Shown in pieces: positions 59,451 through 64,000 of a stretch of 64,000 nucleotides of DNA. The translations under genes and the position numbers were made by a program. The notes beneath the pieces are model-generated. The model was given only the letters and a program-made list of their open reading frames with translations, was not told the DNA's origin and made no database searches. The stretch lies in the NCBI GenBank assembly GCA_042567505.1, contig JBHPJW010000008.1:1515-65514 (forward strand), written 5' to 3'. The DNA is from Fibrobacterota bacterium (GTDB taxonomy: Bacteria; Fibrobacterota; Fibrobacteria; UBA11236; JADFYW01). The stretch's first letter is position 1. Each line of letters opens with the position of its first letter.

Positions 59451-60467
59451 ATGCCGTCAGTTGCCGGAAAAAAGATAGTATTGATTGGGGGAGCTGGATT
59501 TATTGGACACAATCTGGCTCTGGCGCTTGCGGGAAAACAAGCCGAAGTGCATATTATTGACGGTCTGGAGGTTAATAATGTCCTTTCGGTCATCACCAGC
59601 GATCAGCCGGTGCGGAACCGTGAACTTTTTTTAAAGGTCCTGCACACACGGCTGGAGATGCTTATGGCAAAGGGAATCCCCGTCCATGTGCAGGACGCGC
59701 GAAACTATCACAAGTTAAGCCAGCTTATGGTCACCATTAAACCCGATGTCATCGTACATCTGGCCGCCGTATCGCACGCAAATCTTTCAAATAAAGATCC
59801 CTACAGCACCTTTGACCATAATCTCCGTACCCTAGAGAATGCGTTGGATAATGTAAAAACAAAAGGAAAACATTTTATTTTCTTTTCTTCCAGCATGGTG
59901 TATGGTAATTTTGGCAGCGAAGGCGTCACTGAAGAATCTCCCTGTGAGCCTTTGGGAATATACGGCGCCCTTAAATATTCCGGGGAAAAAATTGTCAAGG
60001 CCTATAATCAGGTGTTTGATTTGCCCTACACTATTATCAGGCCTTCCGCATTATATGGGGAACGGTGTATCAGCGGCCGGGTCGGACAAAAGTTTATTGA
60101 AGCCGCCCTCTTTGATGAGGAGATAACCATTGCAGGTGACGGCAGCGACAAGCTTGATTTCACCTATATTGACGACCTGGTAAACGGCGTGATTCTCACC
60201 ATGGAAAACGAAAATGCGAAAAATCAGGTATTCAACCTTACTTATGGGGAGGGACGGACGCTTGCCGATATGGCGGGGGTCCTTCAGGAGCATTTTCAGG
60301 ATGTGAAGATAAAAAACGTGCAGAAAGACAAGCTCATGCCCGACAGGGGCTCATTGTACGTGGATAAGGCGAAAAGACTGCTGGGGTATGCGCCGTCCTG
60401 GCCGCTGGAAAAAGGGTACTCGAAATACATCAACTGGTATAAAGGCTTTTTTGAAGGAAAAAGATGA
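59451..60467 (+). CDS. Extended-SDR NAD-dependent sugar epimerase/dehydratase
   Basis: The start is at MPSVAGKKIVLIGGAGFIGHNL after GGAGG; the ORF track offers 59418. The motifs GxxGxxG, SSSMVYG and YGALK (YxxxK) are present. Confidence 0.88.
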   Translation: MPSVAGKKIVLIGGAGFIGHNLALALAGKQAEVHIIDGLEVNNVLSVITSDQPVRNRELFLKVLHTRLEMLMAKGIPVHVQDARNYHKLSQLMVTIKPDVIVHLAAVSHANLSNKDPYSTFDHNLRTLENALDNVKTKGKHFIFFSSSMVYGNFGSEGVTEESPCEPLGIYGALKYSGEKIVKAYNQVFDLPYTIIRPSALYGERCISGRVGQKFIEAALFDEEITIAGDGSDKLDFTYIDDLVNGVILTMENENAKNQVFNLTYGEGRTLADMAGVLQEHFQDVKIKNVQKDKLMPDRGSLYVDKAKRLLGYAPSWPLEKGYSKYINWYKGFFEGKR

Positions 60468-61432
60468 GAATCGTTTTCTGGACAAAAGGGGCGCGCGGCG
60501 CAAATTGCCTGCGAGAAGTGCTCAGGGAAAAATACCACATCCATACCCTGGTTCTTCAGCATCAGCCGGGAAAACAATGGTATGAGGATATTCTGGCCAT
60601 TGCAGAAGAACATGCCATTCCGGTTTTTGAAACTGAAGAGCCTAACGGCGAAACGGCCCGTACTCACCTCACCTCTCTGGGCGCTGATGTATTTGTGCTG
60701 GCCGGTTACGGTCTTATTCTCAAAGCCGAAACGATTGCCATACCCAAACTCATGTGCATCAACCTGCACGGAGGGGCGCTACCGCGCTACCGCGGCTCCT
60801 CTCCGCTAAATTGGGTTCTGATAAAAGGTGAGCGCTCTTTTGGCATCTCGATTATCAAGGTGGATCCGGGCGTGGATACCGGGGATGTGATTGTGGAACG
60901 CTCATTCTCTCTGAGCGGTCATTCTACGATAGCTGATTTGCATGCCCTGGCTAATGAGCATTTCCCAAAAATGCTGGTAGAAGCGCTTCAGGCCATTGCG
61001 TCGGGCACCGTTACCTTTAGGAAACAGTTGGAACAGGACTCGGCCTATTATCCTCTGCGGTTTCCTGAGGACGGTTTTATTTTATGGGACCAGCTGACGG
61101 CTGAAGAAATCCACAATCGAATCCGCGCTTTGACCAGGCCATATCCATGCGCATACACCTACTTCAACCGTCAACGGGTGGACCTGATTTCCTCATCGCT
61201 GAGAGAAAGGGACTTTTACGGAGAACCGGGCAGAATCTATCTGGCGAACAAGGGAAAACTGCTGGTATGCGCCAGGGATAAATGCCTGTGGATAGATGAA
61301 GCGTTTTTTCATGAGGGCGGTGAGCCTCTCTATGAGGCGGCAAGCCGTTATGAGAAACTGGCCACCGTGAGGGAAATGGCGGAGGCGTATTACACAGGGG
61401 AACGGACAGGAATTGAAGATAGGAAAGTTTGA
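60464..61432 (+). CDS. Sugar N-formyltransferase-like protein (Fmt-fold, N- and C-terminal domains)
   Basis: 322-aa ORF. INLHGGALPRYRGSSPLNW and DTGDVI supply the Asn/His/Asp catalytic set. It lacks the tRNA-Fmt-typical N-terminal PDRPAGRG segment. It is ATGA-coupled to the upstream gene. Confidence 0.85.
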   Translation: MRIVFWTKGARGANCLREVLREKYHIHTLVLQHQPGKQWYEDILAIAEEHAIPVFETEEPNGETARTHLTSLGADVFVLAGYGLILKAETIAIPKLMCINLHGGALPRYRGSSPLNWVLIKGERSFGISIIKVDPGVDTGDVIVERSFSLSGHSTIADLHALANEHFPKMLVEALQAIASGTVTFRKQLEQDSAYYPLRFPEDGFILWDQLTAEEIHNRIRALTRPYPCAYTYFNRQRVDLISSSLRERDFYGEPGRIYLANKGKLLVCARDKCLWIDEAFFHEGGEPLYEAASRYEKLATVREMAEAYYTGERTGIEDRKV

Positions 61433-62426
61433 TATAATTGAAAAGTGCTTCATCGTTGCCGAAATCGGCAACAATCATGAAGGCGATGTCTCCCTGGCGT
61501 GTGAACTCATCGGCCGGGCCGCGGAATGCGGAGTTGACGCCGTCAAGTTCCAAACGTATAGAACGGACCATTATGTCAACGGGGCGGACAAACACAGGGC
61601 AGACATGCTCAGGAAGTTTGAATTGACCTACGGGGACTTTGAAAAACTGGCCGGCCGGGCAGGGGAACTGGGACTGGAATTCTTATCCACTCCATTTGAC
61701 ATCGCTTCCGCGGAGTTCCTCAGCACCATCGTATCCGCGCTGAAAATCTCCTCCTCGGACCTTACCTTTTACCCTCTTCTGGAAACCTGCGCCGAAACCG
61801 GCTTGCCCCTGGTGCTGTCCACCGGATTATCCAACCTGCAAGAGATCGGCCGGGCAGTGGAATTGCTTCAGGCTCGCTGGAAGGAAAACGGCCTGTCCCA
61901 GCAGATGGCGCTCCTGCATTGCATCGCCAGCTATCCGGCTCCACCGGAGGAAACCAACCTCAGGGCCCTGCGGACTTTACGGCGGGAATTCGGATGCGCC
62001 ATCGGGTATTCCGACCATACCATCGGTTCTACGGCCGCCATCATGGCCATTGCGCAGGGAGCGAGAATTATTGAAAAACACTTCACTCTCGATCATCACT
62101 ACTCGGACTTTCGGGACCATTTGTTGTCGGCGGAACCGGAGGAGATGAAGGAACTCGTCCGGTCGGTGAGGCAGGCCGAAAGCATGCTGGGTACGGGAGA
62201 AAAGGTCCCGCAGCCTTGTGAAAAACCATCGCTTTCCCTTATGCGGCGCTCCATCACAGCGGCGACGGACCTGGCTGAAGGCGACCTTATCACTTTTGAT
62301 AACATAACCTGGACAAGGCCGGCCGGGGGATTGCCGCCCGGGGAGGAATCGCGCATAATACATAAAAGGGCCGCCAGGGGAATCAGGCGCGGGGAGATGA
62401 TTACTCAGGAGAACGTCGGAGAATGA
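61413..62426 (+). CDS. NeuB-family nonulosonic acid synthase (NeuB/PseI/LegI type) with SAF domain
   Basis: 337-aa ORF with a TTG start. It carries FIVAEIGNNHEGD, KFQT, SDHT.G and a C-terminal SAF-like segment (ITAATDLAEGDLIT). Confidence 0.9.
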   Translation: MKIGKFDIIEKCFIVAEIGNNHEGDVSLACELIGRAAECGVDAVKFQTYRTDHYVNGADKHRADMLRKFELTYGDFEKLAGRAGELGLEFLSTPFDIASAEFLSTIVSALKISSSDLTFYPLLETCAETGLPLVLSTGLSNLQEIGRAVELLQARWKENGLSQQMALLHCIASYPAPPEETNLRALRTLRREFGCAIGYSDHTIGSTAAIMAIAQGARIIEKHFTLDHHYSDFRDHLLSAEPEEMKELVRSVRQAESMLGTGEKVPQPCEKPSLSLMRRSITAATDLAEGDLITFDNITWTRPAGGLPPGEESRIIHKRAARGIRRGEMITQENVGE

Positions 62427-62456
62427 GGGTGCCGGGATCTTTGATGTTTCATGAAT

Positions 62457-62482
62457 GCCGGTACCCGGCTTTTCGTTTTTTC
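62457..62482 (+). terminator. Weak candidate intrinsic terminator after the NeuB-family gene
   Basis: GCCGG-TAC-CCGGC is followed by TTTTCGTTTTTT. The stem is short, and a larger alternative pairing exists (GGGTGCCGG...CCGGTACCC). Confidence 0.3.
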
Positions 62483-62529
62483 TTCCTCCCAACACCCATG
62501 GGCCGTTCCCGTCTTTGATTCTGTCGGAA

Positions 62530-63240
62530 ATGAAGATCGTACTTCTCACCACGCAGACCACGCACCACACCTATTTCGTGAAAAAGGTCCTGGAACAATA
62601 CGCCCTGGAAGCGGTCTTCCTTGAAGAACAGCCCGTGCAGCCGCCGTTTGAAGTCAATCATCCGTTTGAGGCGGAAAGGGAAACCTATGAGCGGGACCTG
62701 TGGTTTGAGGGAAAAGCTCCCGGGATAGCCGATTTACAAAAACCATTAGCTTATGATACCATGAACAATGCAGATGCGGTGGGGGCCCTGGCGGAGCTGG
62801 GCCCTGATGTGGCGGTGGTTTTTGGGACCGGCAAACTCAATTCTTCCGTCATTGCCGCCTGTCCCGCGGGCATCATAAACCTCCATGGTGGCGATCCGGA
62901 GGAATACCGGGGCCTGGATTCCCACCTTTGGGCCATCTATCATAGTGATTTCGGTAACCTTATCACTACCCTGCATTGTCTGAATGATGAGCTTGATGAC
63001 GGAGCCGTCATTGGCAAACAGGCGCTGGCCATAAGACCGGGTATGCCGTTGAAGGAACTGCGCAGCGTCAACACGGAGGCATGCCTTTCTCTCGCCCTGA
63101 ACGCCCTGGCAACCTGGGAACAGGAAGGCAGGTTTCACCAGACGGCGCAGCGGAAAAAAGGACGGTATTATTCCTTTATGCCGGCGGTGTTAAAGAATAT
63201 CTGTCAGAGGCGCTTTTCCGCTTACACCAGGGAATTATGA
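62530..63240 (+). CDS. Second formyltransferase-fold protein (N-terminal catalytic domain only)
   Basis: The start is at MKIVLLTTQ; the ORF track offers 62455. INLHGGDPEEYRGLDSHLWAI and LDDGAVI retain the Asn-x-His...Asp pattern. Confidence 0.65.
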   Translation: MKIVLLTTQTTHHTYFVKKVLEQYALEAVFLEEQPVQPPFEVNHPFEAERETYERDLWFEGKAPGIADLQKPLAYDTMNNADAVGALAELGPDVAVVFGTGKLNSSVIAACPAGIINLHGGDPEEYRGLDSHLWAIYHSDFGNLITTLHCLNDELDDGAVIGKQALAIRPGMPLKELRSVNTEACLSLALNALATWEQEGRFHQTAQRKKGRYYSFMPAVLKNICQRRFSAYTREL

Positions 63241-64000
63241 ATTCATATTCATCCAGACTGGTTTCTGATGGATTCGCCGTCTTTCTTTTTCATGGCGTGG
63301 TGGAGGAATACCGGCATCCGGTCCGCAATTACAACCGGAAGCACCTGGAGCTGTCTTATTTCGAAGCGGTTGTAAAGGATCTGGCCTCTCATGGCCACCC
63401 CATATCATTAGACCAGTATCTTAAGGCCCGCGAGTCGCGAGAGGCGCTTCCGGAAAAATCTTTCGTGATTACCTTTGATGATGGATTTGAGAATAACCTC
63501 ACTCTGGCGGCGCCTGTGCTTGAGAAAGAGGGGGTCCCCGCATGCTTTTATATTACTACGGGATTTATTGAATCCAACGGCATGTCATGGATTGATAAAA
63601 TCGAAACCTGCCTGGAAGCTGCGGAACCGGGGGAATTGAGATTGCCCTGGAAGGCCGCCGGTATCCGCTTTGCCTCTCATCAGGAGAGAATCGCTCTGCT
63701 TGAGGAGATAAGAGACCATGCCAAAAAGGATTCCCGGATGGATTTTGACCAACTGGTCTCGCTTATCGCGTCGCAATGCGGGCTGAAGAAGCCGGTGGGA
63801 AGTCAGCTGCCGCTTGACAAAAAGATGGACTGGGAACAAGTGAACACATTAGCGTCTCATTCACTCTTTACCATCGGCGGGCACTCCCATAACCATGGTA
63901 TCCTCAGCTTCCTGGATACGGATGAGCTGCGGAGAGAACTTGATACCAGCATCGCCCTTATTAAAAAAAAGACAGGTATCCCCATACACCATTATTCCTA
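63237..64000 (+). CDS. Polysaccharide deacetylase (NodB homology) family protein, 3'-truncated by window end
   Basis: It is absent from the ORF track because no stop codon falls inside the window. Its ATG overlaps the upstream TGA (ATGA). Translation gives ...FVITFDDGFENN...GGHSHNHGIL..., matching NodB motifs. Confidence 0.8.
   Translation, partial: MNSYSSRLVSDGFAVFLFHGVVEEYRHPVRNYNRKHLELSYFEAVVKDLASHGHPISLDQYLKARESREALPEKSFVITFDDGFENNLTLAAPVLEKEGVPACFYITTGFIESNGMSWIDKIETCLEAAEPGELRLPWKAAGIRFASHQERIALLEEIRDHAKKDSRMDFDQLVSLIASQCGLKKPVGSQLPLDKKMDWEQVNTLASHSLFTIGGHSHNHGILSFLDTDELRRELDTSIALIKKKTGIPIHHYS

Noticed and set aside
60464-61432. Fmt-fold protein considered as housekeeping methionyl-tRNA formyltransferase
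   Set aside because: It lacks the canonical N-terminal segment of tRNA Fmt. It is also translationally coupled within the sugar-modification operon between an SDR enzyme and the NeuB-family synthase.

Overview
The window is bacterial chromosomal DNA with tightly packed genes. A type IX secretion (T9SS) C-terminal sorting domain on a giant surface protein suggests an FCB-superphylum-like, probably uncultured, lineage; this placement is inference only. Roughly 1-43 kb holds housekeeping genes (ligA, murI, rpsA, cmk, tatA, queA, a polyprenyl diphosphate synthase, tRNA-Gly-GCC). These are interspersed with secreted or hypothetical proteins, a vWA lipoprotein, an orphan LuxR-type regulator with an atypical receiver, and an HD-GYP protein. 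The same stretch also carries an MltF-like transglycosylase, a 1,135-aa TPR protein containing a 33-bp in-frame tandem repeat, and a 2,336-aa multidomain T9SS cargo protein. Several families of nested palindromic (REP/MITE-like) intergenic repeats are scattered through this part. From 43.2 kb to the window end, 17 co-directional and often translationally coupled genes form a glycan cluster built around a NeuB-family nonulosonic-acid synthase. That cluster contains a cytidylyltransferase, a DegT aminotransferase, an SDR epimerase/dehydratase, a Gfo/Idh/MocA oxidoreductase and two formyltransferase-like genes. It also contains a NodB-type deacetylase, a WbuX/HisH/HisF-type acetamidino-forming trio, a methyltransferase, a sulfotransferase-like gene, GDP-fucose synthase, a GT2 and a fused PabA-PabB. 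The most unusual gene is a 1,536-aa fusion protein combining a transferase-like region, TPRs, a cobalamin-binding radical-SAM module and a Rossmann-like tail. No CRISPR array, transposase, integrase, rRNA or prophage was seen. All functional calls come from reading motifs by eye; no database search was possible.
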